Assembly (NCBI GenBank): GCA_051313645.2
Contig: JBNRSN020000007.1
Span: forward strand, 40,176,001-40,240,000
Reading direction: 5' to 3'
From: Centroscyllium fabricii
Lineage: Eukaryota
DNA: 64,000 nucleotides
A model generated the notes under the pieces. It was not told the origin of the DNA and searched no databases. It worked only from the letters and a program-made list of their open reading frames with translations. Made by a program: the position numbers and the translations under genes. Below are positions 11,243-23,576 of this stretch, in pieces. The first letter of the stretch is position 1. Each line of letters opens with the position of its first letter.

Positions 11243-12305
11243 ACTGGTAATTACGGTTACCACAAGTGAATAAAAGCCTATTTGTTACTTGTATAACTTC
11301 TAGTCTTTTGGAGTTATTGATAGCGTATCAGATGGGCAATAAATGGTGGCTTTGCCAGCGACGCCCATTTCTTGTGAGTGAATAAAACAAAACAGTGCTG
11401 TTCTATAGCCAACTGCTCGGAAGTGAGCAAGGATAGCCAGAGTGGTTAGCATTTGATCTTTTTCACTCCCAGTTGGAAAGCATTAGTGTGTTGGAAGTTT
11501 GAAAATACTGTGGCTGGCACCGTCTTGTATTTTGGTTTGCATTTTATTTCTTTCCAGTTGATGCCCCTCCTCTCGCGCAGGCAGTGTCTCACGTTGGAAT
11601 GAAACTCCGCTTGTGCTGGCAAGCCTTCCGCTAGCTTGCCCCAAGTGACTGTTCTTTGTGTGCGTGAGTCTTGGGCAGTGAGTGAAATTAAAGCTGTTTC
11701 ACTGTGGCGGCAATGCCACAGACCCCAGTCTTGTCCTCGCCGACATCCACGTATGCAAACTGGATAACAATCAACAGCAGGAACTTGCAAAGCTAATAAT
11801 AGTATTGGTACCACTGCCCCAACTGAGATCAGTTAACTTAGCAGAAACCAAGGGGATTTTGTGCAAGTCAATAATACATCACGCGAGGCATTTATTAACA
11901 AAGAGCGCTCATCGCCTCTTGAATATTTTTTCAAGTTTCGAATTTTCTTTTGCTGGGCGTGTCTGCAGTGAATGATTGTTTAGCTTTACAAATGTACATT
12001 CTTTGCAGCACCTCATTATAAAGGAACCGAGGTGGCAGCACTTAACAGGACTTCCATCTGCCAGAGAACACTGGAACCAAATGAAGTTCTTGTGCCAAGT
12101 GCAATCCAGATGGAATTTCCATTGTAAAATGTTGTGATATACAAGCACTCCTTTTTCATTCCATTTGACTAACAAATATTTTGCCATTGATCTTGAAAAA
12201 AATATGCATTGCTCTGTGGGAAGGAGAATACAACTTGCTCCATGAAATCTGCTCAGGGCATCAGTTCCAAACTTAGCAATGAAACAGTTGCTGGAATAGG
12301 ACTGC

Positions 12306-12890
12306 TTTTTTTATTCGTTCCTGGGATGTGGGCGTCGCTGGCCAGGCCAGCATTTATTGCCCATCCATAATTGCCCTTGAGGAGGCGGTGGTGAGCCGCC
12401 GCCTTGAACCGCTGCAGTCCGTGTGGTGAAGGTACTCCCACGGTGCGGTTGGGGAGGGAGTTCCAGGATTTTGACCCAGCGACGATGAAGGAACGGCGAT
12501 ATACTTTCAAGTCAGGATGGTCTGTGGCTTGGAGGGGAACTTGGAGGTGGTGGTGTTCCCACGCGCCCGCTGCCCTTGTCCTTCTAGGTGGCAGGGGTCA
12601 TGGGTTTGGGAGGTGCTCCCGAAGAAGCCTTGGCGAGTTGCTGCAGTGCATCTTGTAGATGGTACACACTGCAGCCACGGCACACCTGTGATGGAGGGAG
12701 TGAATGTTTAAGGTGGTAGATGGGGTGCCAATTAAACGGGCTGCTTTGTCCTTGGTAATGTCAAGCTTCTTGAATGTTGTTGGAGCTGCACTGATCCAGG
12801 CAAGTGGAGAATATTCCATCACACTCCTTACTTGTGTCTTGTAGATGGTGGAAAGGCTTTGGGGAGTCAGGAGGTGAGACACTTGCCGCT
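12306..12890 (-). mobile_element. CR1/L2-group LINE 3' fragment
   Basis: STIYKTQVRSVMEYSPLAW...LHHRCAVAAVCTIYKMH RT C-terminus; KSWNSLPN. Confidence 0.85.
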
Positions 12891-13164
12891 TGCCGTTGGT
12901 TGAAGTGGCACTATCTTCATTGAAATGTTTGTTGTATGGTTTTCCTATTTGTTTGCAAAGGCACAAGGCTGTTGCCTACATTGTCCTGTTGCTTCCTCTG
13001 ATGGTTCCGTTGTTAAGTGCACTGGCCCAGTACAGGACTGAGTTCTCCAGACCAGGACGTGCCCAATTTTGTCCTCTTATTTCAGCAAAGGTGATGGTTG
13101 GGGTGGTGCAGGTTAGGGAAAAAAACCATCAGTAAGGTTTCTTAATCCTGGGGTGGGGGGTAGT

Positions 13165-13740
13165 GGGGGTGATTTTAACCCTACTCACTGGCCGGGTAGC
13201 CAGTTAACATCAACCAGGCCACCTACCCGCCGATACCCTTCCTGGATCGCAATGTCTTCCATTTTAAGCTGCTGAGGCAAAGGCATCGCCTGAACCTGGC
13301 AGGTTAAATCCGCAGGTCAGTGTTCAGTGATGCCCTGCTTGCAATTTTAACTCCGGCCCGAGTGGGCACGAGGATCTCGGACCAGAAGAGGCCCTTTAAG
13401 TTTTTTTTTTTTTAATGCCCTTGTGGGACCAGGAGTGAAGGACTCTTGCTCTTGGCCCCACAAAAAAAATATTTAGGCCTCCCCTGCCCAGGCCTCCCCC
13501 TTTCCCTCCTGCAAAACCCTCCCGGAATTCCCTTCCCATGACTTACCTCCTTTAAGGCGGGACTTCATGGGCTGCCCGGCCAGCCAGCAAACTCCTCCTG
13601 CCCAAACTTCTTTGCCCGGCCACCGGCCAGCCTCCCGCCCACTTTAGGTAGGCAGCTAACTGGTGGCATGCAGATGAAGCTTAGCTGGTGCCTGTGACGC
13701 TATAGGCCGGTGTGAGTCATTACCTAGCCTTTACGTGCAG
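13165..13740. mobile_element. Old non-autonomous DNA-transposon-like repeat
   Basis: GGGGTGATTTTAAC start; interior loosely similar to repeats at 51445-51665 and 55020-55250; ends not resolved. Confidence 0.4.
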
Positions 13741-13749
13741 TCTGCGTAA

Positions 13750-13835
13750 TAAGTGACTGCTTTAAAAGTAATTCACTGGCTGTAAAGTAGGTTGAAACGT
13801 CCTGAGGATGTGAAAGGCGCTATGCAAATACAAGG
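13750..13835 (+). mobile_element. Deu-SINE/L2-type 3' tail fragment
   Basis: Reverse-complement similarity to the tail at 59490-59580. Confidence 0.65.
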
Positions 13836-14879
13836 CCTATTTTTCCTAAGGAGGAGGGGAGAAAAAAATCAACAAACTCAACCAAATGGGCTTTTTCTGT
13901 CGTGTTTCACTCTATTTCATGAAACACCGTGTCAATGTGGAGTGTTGGGGATGACCCGACACTGAGAATGTCCTGTCGTGGTGTTGCTCACCCTCCTGCT
14001 TTCTGATCCGCGAGTTACAATTTTTCACAGGCCGTGTGGTTGAGGCAAACTTCATAAGCGCTGCAAAAGTCTAACCGTCACTGTGATGCTTACCAGCTTC
14101 TGATATCTGATATTATAATCGTTATAGCAGAAAGGTTTGGCAGATCTGTGAACTTACAAAAATAATACAAAAAATAAATTTAAAAAAAGTACGTCATGGT
14201 ATTTGCATGTTTATCCCATGAAACTGTCAGGGATCAGGTTCTGTATTGTTTTGGTGTGACTTATTTGAATAACCATAAAGAGATATCTATACGATAGCAA
14301 AATACTGCCGATGCTGGAAATCCGAAATAACAGCAGAAAACGCTGGAGGAACTCAGCAGGCCAGGCAGCATCGGTGGAGAGAGAAACAGAGTTGACGTTT
14401 CAGGTCGATTACCTTTTTTCAGAACTGGAGAAACAGGGAGAGGGGATAGATTTTAAAGCTTGTGGGGGCTGAAAAAACAAAGGAAAGATCAGCGATGTGG
14501 GGGAAGGTGAGAAATATTTGGAGAAATTGAAGGAACACAGGATGGCTCAGAATAGGTGTGAACAGCTTGAGCAGAGTAAAGAAAAAAGCCCAGACGAAAG
14601 TGTGGATTGAAAAAAGAGAGAAATTATATATTGTGGCGGCACGCCCACTGGGACACCGAATCCGCCACGGGAACACCGCGGGGCAGAGCCCCGCTCATCC
14701 AGGTGACGCGACGACGTCACCACGTCTGCCTGCGTGATGACGTCACCAGCGGCGGGCAGTTTAAATAAGCTTATTGCGAGTGGTTCACTCTCTTTCCTGT
14801 TTAACTCTTATGCATTAAACAAGTGTTTTCTCTAGCTCTCTGGCTCACGCGTGGTTTCTAGGCCTTGCTGGCGCTACAG

Positions 14880-14890
14880 TGGTGACCCCG
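14880..14890 (+). promoter_or_regulatory. Primer-binding site complementary to tRNA-Trp
   Basis: TGGTGACCCCG, 1 nt after the 5' LTR. Confidence 0.8.
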
Positions 14891-14969
14891 AATTGGAACA
14901 ACTTCCAAAGAAAAAAAGCTGCCGCAGGATCAAGGATCACCAGCCAAAGGACACTTTAGAAGAGAAAGC

Positions 14970-17900
14970 ATGCCTGCAACAGCAAGGAACCAAGCTTCAC
15001 GATCCCAAGGACTTGGCCAGAACTTCGGGCACAGACTTACCCTGCCAGAGTTCTGGGAGCAACGGCCAGCGGCCTGGTTCATGTGCATCGAAACCAGCTG
15101 CCGCACACATGGCATCCAGGGGGACGACCGCTACGACCTGGTCTTCTCAGCCCTACCGCAATCGACGATCGATCGGATGTGGTCAAAAATACAGCGTGTG
15201 CCCACTACAGGCAGGTACGAATCCCTTAAGGCCGCGCTCATAACTTTTTTTACCCCCTCTCAATTCGAGCGCGACTGCCAGCTCCTCGACCTCCCCGAAC
15301 TCGGGGACGCAGACCCATCGGACCTTTTGGGTCAGATGCAAGCGCTCACCGCCAATCCCGCCTCCCTGTTCCGCACTGTTTTCCTCCTCAAACTACCACG
15401 CTCCATCAGGCCGGCCTTGACGGCCCTTGGCCAGCGGAGCGACGACGAGCTCGCTAAGGAGGCCGACAGGCTCATGGAGGCACAGCGCACCCGCTCAACC
15501 ATGTGCGACCCTAACTCCGCATCCATAGAGCGCAACCAATCGCCCCCCAGGCCCAACTTTATGCCTGAACCTAGGGCCCCGCGCCCACCCAGGCAACCGC
15601 GTCCCTCTAGCACCGGCTGGAGCTACTACCACACGCGGTTCGACAGTAGAGCGCACCGCTGCGTCCAGCCATGCGCATTTAAGCCACGGCCCACCCCAGC
15701 CCCCACTATGTCTGTAGGACACACAGGAGCACTGCTCTTTGTTACAGACAGCGGCACAGGCCTCCAGTTCCTCTGCGACACAGGCGCACAGCACAGCATC
15801 GTGCCAGCCTCCCCTGCAGAAACCAAACAAGGCACCCGGGGCCCGCCACTCGCAGCGGCCAACGGCTCCAATATCAAAATGTATGGCACCCGCAAGCTCA
15901 CGATTACGCTCGCAAGCCACACGTATACCTGGGACTTTGTCACAGCCCAGGTCACTTCACCCCTCCTCGGAGCAGATTTCCTCTGCGCCTACGGCCTGCT
16001 GGTCGATATGACCCGGCGCCGCTTGGTCAACATTAATAACATGTCCACCATCCCATGCTTCACAGGGCCCGCACTCCTGGCCCACGCAGCCGCCCAATGC
16101 CGCTCTCGGAACTCCGATGCCTACGGTACACTCCTAGCAGAGTTCCCCGCCCTAACCAACCCCACGTTCACTGCCCGCCGGGCCAAACACGGGGTAGAAC
16201 ATTTTATAACTACCACAGGCCCTCCCGTCCATGCCCACGCCCGCAGGCTCGACCCGGCCAAACAGGAGATCGCGCGCACCGAGTTCCGCACCATGGAGCA
16301 ACTCGGTATAATCCGCCGCTCCAACAGCCCCTGGGCCTCTCCTCTCCACATAGCCCCCAAGCCGGGCGGGGGTTGGCGCCCCTGCGGCGACTACCGCCGC
16401 CTAAACAATGCCACTACCACGGATAGGTACCCCGTACCCCACATCCAGGATTTTTCCGCCAGATTAGCGGGCTGCACGATCTTCTCCAAGATCGACCTGG
16501 TGCGTGGCTACCACCAGGTTCCGGTGCACCCGGCGGACATTCCCAAAACGGCCGTTATCACTCCCTTTGGACTCTTCGAGTTTCTCAGGATGCCCTTCGG
16601 CCTTAAAAATGCGGCCCAGGCCTTCCAGCGCCTCATGGACTCGGTCCTATGGGACTTAAACTTCATTTTCGTCTACTTAGACGACATCCTCGTGGCCAGC
16701 ACCTCCCCCCAGGAACATCTCCTGCACCTCAGGACCCTGTTCCAGCGCCTGGTCGAACACGGCCTAATATTAAGCCCTACCAAGTGTAAATTCGGCCTCC
16801 AAACCATTGACTTTCTCGGCCACCGCATTTCCCAAACCGAGGTCATACCCCTGCCCTCCAAGGTGCAGGCGGTCCAGGAATTACCCCGCCCGCACTCCAT
16901 TAAGGGACTGCAGGAATTTCTGGGGATGGTCAATTTTTATAACCGCTTTATCCCGGGAGCAGCCGCTCTCATGGCCCCCTTATACCAGGCCACACGTGGG
17001 CAGTCCAACAAGGCTGTGTTCGAGTGGACGGCCGACGCCGCCACCGCCTTCACCGCAACTAAAACCGCCCTGGCTAATGCCACCCTCCTAGCCCACCCTA
17101 GGCCCAACGCCAAAGTAGCCCTCACCACCGACGCCTCCGACCACGCGGTCGGGGCCGTATTTGAGCAGTGGACCGGCAACTCGTGGCAGCCCCTGGCCTT
17201 TTTCAGCCGGCAACTCCGGCCCCCAGAGGTCAAGTACAGCGCCTTCGATAGGGAGCTCCTCGCTCTCCATCTTGCAGTGCGACATTTTCGCTTCCTCCTG
17301 GAGGGCCGCCACTTCACAGCCTTCGTCAACCATAAGCCACTCACCTTCACGATAGCTAAGGTCGCCGAACCCTGGTCGGCCAGGCAGCAGCGCCAGCTCG
17401 CAGCCGTGTTGGAGTTTACGACCGACATTCAGCATATCTCCGGCCGCGACAACGTGGTCGCTGACTGCCTCTCACGCCCCACCATTAACGCCGCCCAAAT
17501 GGCGGTCGATTACGCCCAGCTGGCCGCTGACCAGCTGGCCGACCCCGACCTGCTCAACTCAGCAGCAAACCTCCCTGGCCTCCACTTGGCCAATATCGCG
17601 CACGGCCCCGCTGCCACCGTCGTCTGCTGCGATGTGTCCCTGCCGCAGCCCAGGCCCGTTGTCCCCCACGCTTGGAGGCGACACATTTTCAAGACCCTCC
17701 ATGACCTGTCCCACCCCGGCACCCGCGTGTCCATTAAACTTATCTTGGCCCGGTTCGTATGGCGCGGCCTGCGCAAAGACATCCGCGCCTGGGCCAACTC
17801 CTGCATTGCCTGCCAGCGCTCCAAAGTGCATAAGCACATCAGGGCACCGCTGGAAACATTTAAAGTGCCGGCCAGACGCTTTGACCACGTCCACATTGAT

Positions 17901-18801
17901 CTCGTCGGGCCACTACCGCCATCCCGGGGCCACACGCACGTAATGACCATGGTCGACCGCAACACTCGCTGGCCAGAAGCAGTCCCCCTCGCTGCCACCG
18001 GCACCACAGACTTGGCCAGGGCGTTCATCGCCACCTGGGTCGCCCGCTTCGGCGTGCCCACCGACATCACCTCCGACAGAGGACCCCAGTTCACGTCAGC
18101 ACTATGGGCGGCCATCGCCCGCGACCTCGGGGTAACCTTGAATCGAACCACCGCATACCACCCACAAGCTAACGGGCTCTGCGAACGGTTCCACCGATCT
18201 ATGAAGGCATCACTGCGAGCCACCCTCAAGGATGCGTCTTGGACCGACCGTCTCCCATGGGTTCTCCTCAGGCTGGCGCTCGGCAGTCAAAGAGGACCTA
18301 AACGCCTCGACAGCAGAACTCGTATACGGCCAGGCCCTAACAGTGCCGGGCGAATTTTTAGCCGAACCAAACGCTCCCTGGTCAGCCGACCTGTACGTAA
18401 AAGACTTTGCCAACCCGGCACGAGCTTTCCAGCCACTACCAGTGGCCCGGCATGGAGAGCCGGCAGCACGAGTGCCAGACGGCATTAAAAAGGCAAAATT
18501 TGTGTTCGTCCGGCGCGACGGACACCGATCACCACTACAGCCACCATACGATGGCCCCTATAGAGTGCTTCGGGTGGGAGCTAAAGCTTTCCAGCTGCAA
18601 ATGGGCAACAGGACAGAAACTGTTACAATAGACCGGCTCAAGCCGGCACACGTTATAGCGGGCGAGACGACAGTCCCCGCACAACCACCGCAACGCGGAC
18701 GCCCTCCCGCAACAACACCCGCCCACACTCCACCGCAGAACCAGAAGCAACGCACAACACGGGCCGGCCGCATCATCCGGCCACCCCAACGGCTCACATA
18801 G
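14970..18801 (+). CDS. Gag-Pol polyprotein with one frameshift near 18275
   Basis: 1172-aa ORF: YYHTRF...C..PC gag motif, FLCDTGA protease, YLDD RT, TTDAS RNase H, HHCC and DDE integrase; continues in ORF 18232-18801 with a PYDGPY module. Confidence 0.9.
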
Positions 18802-20773
18802 ACTCTTTTCTATTCCTCCCGGACGTATTCTGGGGGGGAGCTGTGTGGCGGCACGCCCACTGGGACACTGAATCCGCCACGGGAACACCGCGGGGCAGAG
18901 CCCCGCTCATCCGGGTGACACGACGACGTCACCACGTCTGCCTGCGTGATGACGTCACCAACGGCGGGCAGTTTAAATAAGCTTGTTGCGAGTGGTTCAC
19001 TCTCTTTCCTGTTTAACTCTTACGCATTAAACAAGTGTTTTCTCTAGCTCTCTGGCTCACGCGTGGTTTCTAGGCCTTGCTGGCGCTACAATATATACAA
19101 AAAAGTGTGGTAGGGGCTGAGGTTCTGATCTAAAATTGTTCAACTCTATGGTTAATCCAGAGTGCTGTAGAGTGCCCAAGCGAAAGATGAGGTGCTGTTC
19201 CTCGAGTTTACGCTGGGCTTCCTTGGAACAATGCAGCAGGCCACAGACAGTGAGGTCTGAATGGGAGTGGAGTGGATAATTAAAGTGACAGGCCACCGAG
19301 AGCTCCGGGTCCCCCTCACGGACTGAACGGAGGTGTCCCGCAAAGCGGTCACCCAATCTGCGTTTGGTCGCCCCGTTGTAGAGGAGACCACATCATGAGC
19401 AGCGAATACAGTATACTAAATTGCAGGAAGTACACGTAAATCGCTGTTTCACCTGGAAGGGGTGTTTGGGGCCCTGGATAGTGGGAAAGGGGGAGGTATA
19501 AGAGCATCTCCTGCGCTTGCACGGGAAGGTGCCGGGCAAAGGGGAAGGGGTGCTGGGGTTGGTAGAGGAGTGGACTAGGGTGTCGCGGAGGGAGCGGTCC
19601 CTATGGAATGCGGAAAGCGGAGGTGATGGGAAGATGCATTTGGTGATGGGATCACGCTGGAGGTGGCGGAAATGGCGGAGGATGATCTGTTGAATGTGGA
19701 GGCTGGTGGGGTGATCGGTGAGGACAAGGGGAACCCCATCGTGGTTCCGGGAGGGAGGGGCAGGGGTGAGGGCAGAAGTGCGGGAAATGGAATGGACACG
19801 GTCAAGGGCCGTGTCAGCCACAGTAGAGGGGAATCCTCGGTTGAGGAAAAAGGAAGACATGTTGGAAGCACTGGTGTGGAAGGTGGCATCGTCAGAGCAG
19901 ATGCGGCGAAGACGGAGAAACTGGGAGAATGGAATAGAGTCCTTACAGGAAGCGGGGTGGGAGGAAGTGTAATCCAGGTAGCTGTGGGAGTCAGTGGGCT
20001 TGTAGTGAATGTTGGTCAATAACCCTTATACCTCCCCCTTTCCTACTGTCCAGGGCACCAAACACCCCTTCCAGGTGAAACAGTGATTTACGTGTACTTC
20101 CTGCAATTTAGTATACTGTATTCACTGCTCACGATGTGGTCTCCTCTACAACGGGGAGACCAAACGCAGATTGGGTGACCGCTTCGTGGAACACCTCCGT
20201 TCAGTCCGTAAGGGGAACCCTGAGCTCCCGGTGGCCTGTCACTTTAATTCTCCACTCCACTCCCATTCAGACCTCACTGTCTGTGGCCTGCTGCATTGTT
20301 CCATGGAAGCCCAGCGTAAACTCGAGGAACAGCAACTCATCTTTTGCTTAGGCACTCTACAGCCCTCTGGACTAAACATAGAGTTCAACAATTTTAGATC
20401 ATAACCTCAGCCCCTACCATATTTTTTTACATATATATATTGTCTCTCTTTTTTCAATCCACACTTTCATCTGGGCTTTTTTCTTTATTCTGCTAAAACT
20501 GTTCACACTTATCCAGAGCCATCCTGTGTTCCTTCAATTTCTCCTAATATCTCTCACCTTCCCCGCCTTCTAGCCAGTCGCTGATCAGTCCTTTGTTCTT
20601 TCAGCCCCCACAAGCTTTAAATCTATCCCCCCTCCCGGCTTCTCCAGTTCTGAAAAAAGGTCATCAACCTGAAACGTCAATTCTGCTTCTCTCTCCACCG
20701 ATGCTGCCTGGCCTGCTGTGTTTCTCCAGCGTTTTCTGTTGTTATATAAGAGATATCTTGACTGAAGTATGCC

Positions 20774-22067
20774 TTCCTCAGGGAGATATATGTACACGGA
20801 GTGATGTCTCAGTCCATTCCTCAGGGAGATATCTGTACACGGAGTGATGTCTCAGTCCATTCCTTAGGGAGATATCTGTACACGGAGTGATGCCTTAGTC
20901 CATTCCTTAGGGAGATATCTGTACATGGAGTGATGCCTTAGTCCATTCCTTAGGGAGATATCTGTACATTAATGGTGTCTCAGTCTATTCCTTGGGGAGA
21001 TATCTGTACATGGAGTGATGTCTCAGTCCATTCCTTAGGGAGATATCTGTACACGGAGTGATGCCTTAGTCCATTCCTTAGGGAGATATCTGTGCATGAA
21101 TGGTGTCTCAGTCTATTCCTCAGGGAGATATCTGTACATGAATGATATCTCAGTCCATTCCTCAGGGAGATATCTGTACATGAATGATGTCTCAGTCCAT
21201 TCCTTAGGGAGATATCTGTACACTGAGTGATGTCTCCCAGTCCATTCCTCAGGGAGATATCTGTACATGAATGATGTCTCAGTCCATTCCTTAGGGAGAT
21301 ATCTGTACACTGAGTGATGTCTCCCAGTCCATTCCTCAGGGAGATATCTGTACATGAATGATGTCTCAGTCTATTCCTCAGGGAGATATCTGTATGAATG
21401 ATGTCTCAGTCCATTCCTCAGGGAGATATCTGTATGAATGATGTCTCCCAGTCCATTCCTCAGGGAGATATCTCTACACTGAGTGATATCTCCCAGTCCA
21501 TTCCTCAGGGAGATATCTGTATGAATGATGTCTCAGTCCATTCCTCAGGGAGATATCTGTATGAATGATGTCTCCCAGTCCATTCCTCAGGGAGATATCT
21601 GTACACTGTGTGATGTCTCCCAGTCCATTCCTCAGGGAGATATCTGTACACTGAGTGATGTCTCTCAGTCCATTCCTCAGGGAGATATCTGTACACTGAG
21701 TGATGTCTCTCAGTCCATTCCTCAGGGAGATATCTGTATGAATGATGTCTCAGTCCATTCCTCAGGGAGATATCTGTACACTGAGTGATGTCTCTCAGTC
21801 CATTCCTCAGGGAGATATCTGTACACTGAGTGATGTCTCCCAGACCATTCCTCAGGGAGATATCTGTACACTGAGTGATGTCTCCCAGTCCATTCCTCAG
21901 GGAGATATCTGTACACTGAGTGATGTCTCCCAGTCCATTCCTCAGGGAGATATCTGTACATGAATGATGTCTCAGTCCATTCCTCAGGGAGATATCTGTA
22001 CACTGAGTGATGTCTCTCAGTCCATTCCTCAGGGAGATATCTGTACACTGAGTGATGTCTCTCAGTC
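20774..22067. repeat. Minisatellite, 39-43-bp unit, roughly 31 copies
   Basis: Unit CAGTCCATTCCTCAGGGAGATATCTGTACACTGAGTGATGTCTC with recurrent variants. Confidence 0.97.
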
Positions 22068-22801
22068 ACACTGTCAGGCCTGCCCATCCTCTCAGCTGAA
22101 GTGTGCAGGTCACATGAGGGATAGTTAATGTCTTCTTAAAAATGAAATTACACCGTTTAACATGGAGTTATTCCTGTATATTAAATGTCATGTTGATTTC
22201 ATTATCGTTATTAAATAATTATCGAGAATGCTGGGGTGTTTTCACCTTTAATAAATATGGCTTTTAGTACCTCAATGGAAATTGTTTCTTGATTAAATTT
22301 ACCAGATATGTTTATAACATGAATGTTTCAATTATCCTGTTGCCCTTGTGTATATTTTGTGCATATATGTTTTCCGACCAATTATTTTTAAGTATAGAAA
22401 ATAATATATTTAAAGAATGATTAATAAGTCTGCGCAACATTTTTCCTGACTTGGAGGGGAGGGGAAAGGGAGACAGTTCAGTCAGGGATTCACCCTTTTC
22501 GCCTCATTCCCCTGTAGGGAAAGGAGTAGAGCTGTGCTCACTGTCTCTCATGAAGGCTCAATGGTGAAGACTGGAATCTTGTGTGCTGAGGGGGAAAGCA
22601 CTTGTACAAACTTGAGTCGTGCCACATTCTGGGATGGCACATCAGAGTGCCAGTGCTTCATGCTGCCATGCCAACTTACATGGTAACCTACATGGCTATG
22701 GTGACAAATGGAGTGGAACTGGTCTCCAGTTTTTAGAAATGTGTCACACAGTATGTTTTAACTACTGCAACAGTGATACAAAATCTTAGCATTAATTTAA
22801 T

Positions 22802-23576
22802 GGGCCAGAAATTGCAGTCTGCCCATATCGCGTTTGAGCTCTGGTGCGAGTGCACCAGAGCTTAATCGCGCAGGAAGCAGCCGTTTGCGCTGCTTCAGGT
22901 TTTCCTGTGCCGACCAGCGGGGTGGGGGGGGGGAGGGGGGTAGAGTTCCTGCGAGGGCTAGCGCAGGAACCATCGAACTACGGGGTGCGTCCAGTCATTC
23001 CATTTTTTTAAAAACTTTTTCTACGGACCAAGACCAGGAGATTGTACGCTGGAAAAAAAGAGTCGTAAGTAGCCGTTTTTATCTGGTAATTGTGTATTTT
23101 ATTGATTTTAATTGTTGTTTTTTCAGGTTTTTAATTATTGATAACTTTAAAGACAGGTAAGAATTTTTTAGGCCTGTTTGAAGTTGAAATTTTTTTCTGT
23201 AAATTTTTATTTTTTCTTTAAAATAGGTATTTGTGTTAGTTGGGGTAATGTTAAAAAAATGTGGTGTTTTTAAATTTTATTTTTGAGTTTAGATGTCTTT
23301 TGGGTAATCTCTCCTTTCAAAGCTTACACAGATTTCTCTGTGGAAGTTTTGAACGGAGAATTGCTTCCACTGATTGGCTCCCTGCCAATCAGGTGGTCTC
23401 AAAAGCCATCTCACACTAATTACGCCGTTCAGATGCCCATGAAGCTCGCACAGAGCTCTGACAAGCTGGGCTAACAGGAATTACTGAGTGCAAAAAAGCA
23501 AACTGGATTATGGGCAGTGCAAGTGCAACTAGCAGGTACTGCACCCGCACGAAGGCTCCACTGCAATTTCTGGGCC
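22802..23576. mobile_element. MITE with AAT TSD (Harbinger/PHIS-like)
   Basis: TIRs GGGCCAGAAATTGCAG / CTGCAATTTCTGGGCC; AAT on both sides. Confidence 0.85.

Larger units (their letters stand above)
6129..11264 (-). mobile_element. Gypsy LTR retrotransposon A (non-tRNA PBS clade), full length, inactivated
   Basis: LTRs 10619-11264 (with SINE) and 6129-6418; TSD AGTGA; PPT next to 6419; gag-PR-RT-RH-IN order. Confidence 0.95.
5933..11330 (+). mobile_element. Solo LTR (5933-6128 + 11265-11330) split by Gypsy element A
   Basis: TGTGGTAA...GTATCA ends; TSD GACGG/GATGG; TATAAA and AATAAA motifs. Confidence 0.88.
5245..11390 (+). mobile_element. 3' fragment of a second LINE family (CR1/L2-group), split by a SINE and an LTR nest; LINE sequence at about 5245-5294, 5683-5932 and 11331-11390
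   Basis: VCTIYKMHCSNSPRL...WNSLPNSTVG matches the minus-strand copy at 12306-12890 and reads on across the inserts. Confidence 0.8.
14632..19090 (+). mobile_element. Gypsy LTR retrotransposon, CsRn1-like clade, near intact
   Basis: 247-bp LTRs 14632-14878 and 18844-19090 (about 6 transitions); TSD ATAT; PBS TGGTGACCCCG (tRNA-Trp); PPT before 18844. Confidence 0.93.
14296..20745 (-). mobile_element. Penelope-like element: minus-strand 3' part (14296-14631 + 19091-20021) with an inverted copy at 20022-20745
   Basis: HYKPTDSHSYLDYTSSHP...PFSQFLRLRRICS RT C-terminus; NLVYCIRC...LGDRFAGH GIY-YIG nuclease; ~720-bp inverted arm. Confidence 0.9.

Noticed and set aside
11558-11663. Candidate exon with a good acceptor (TTTCTTTCCAG) and GTGAGT donor
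   Set aside because: Stops in all three frames and no recognisable homology; a non-coding exon cannot be supported without RNA data
20774-22067. CRISPR-like constant repeat plus variable spacer
   Set aside because: The spacers are 11-15-nt variants of one another and recur; no cas genes; eukaryotic context. The YRYLPEEW ORFs are by-products of the repeat.
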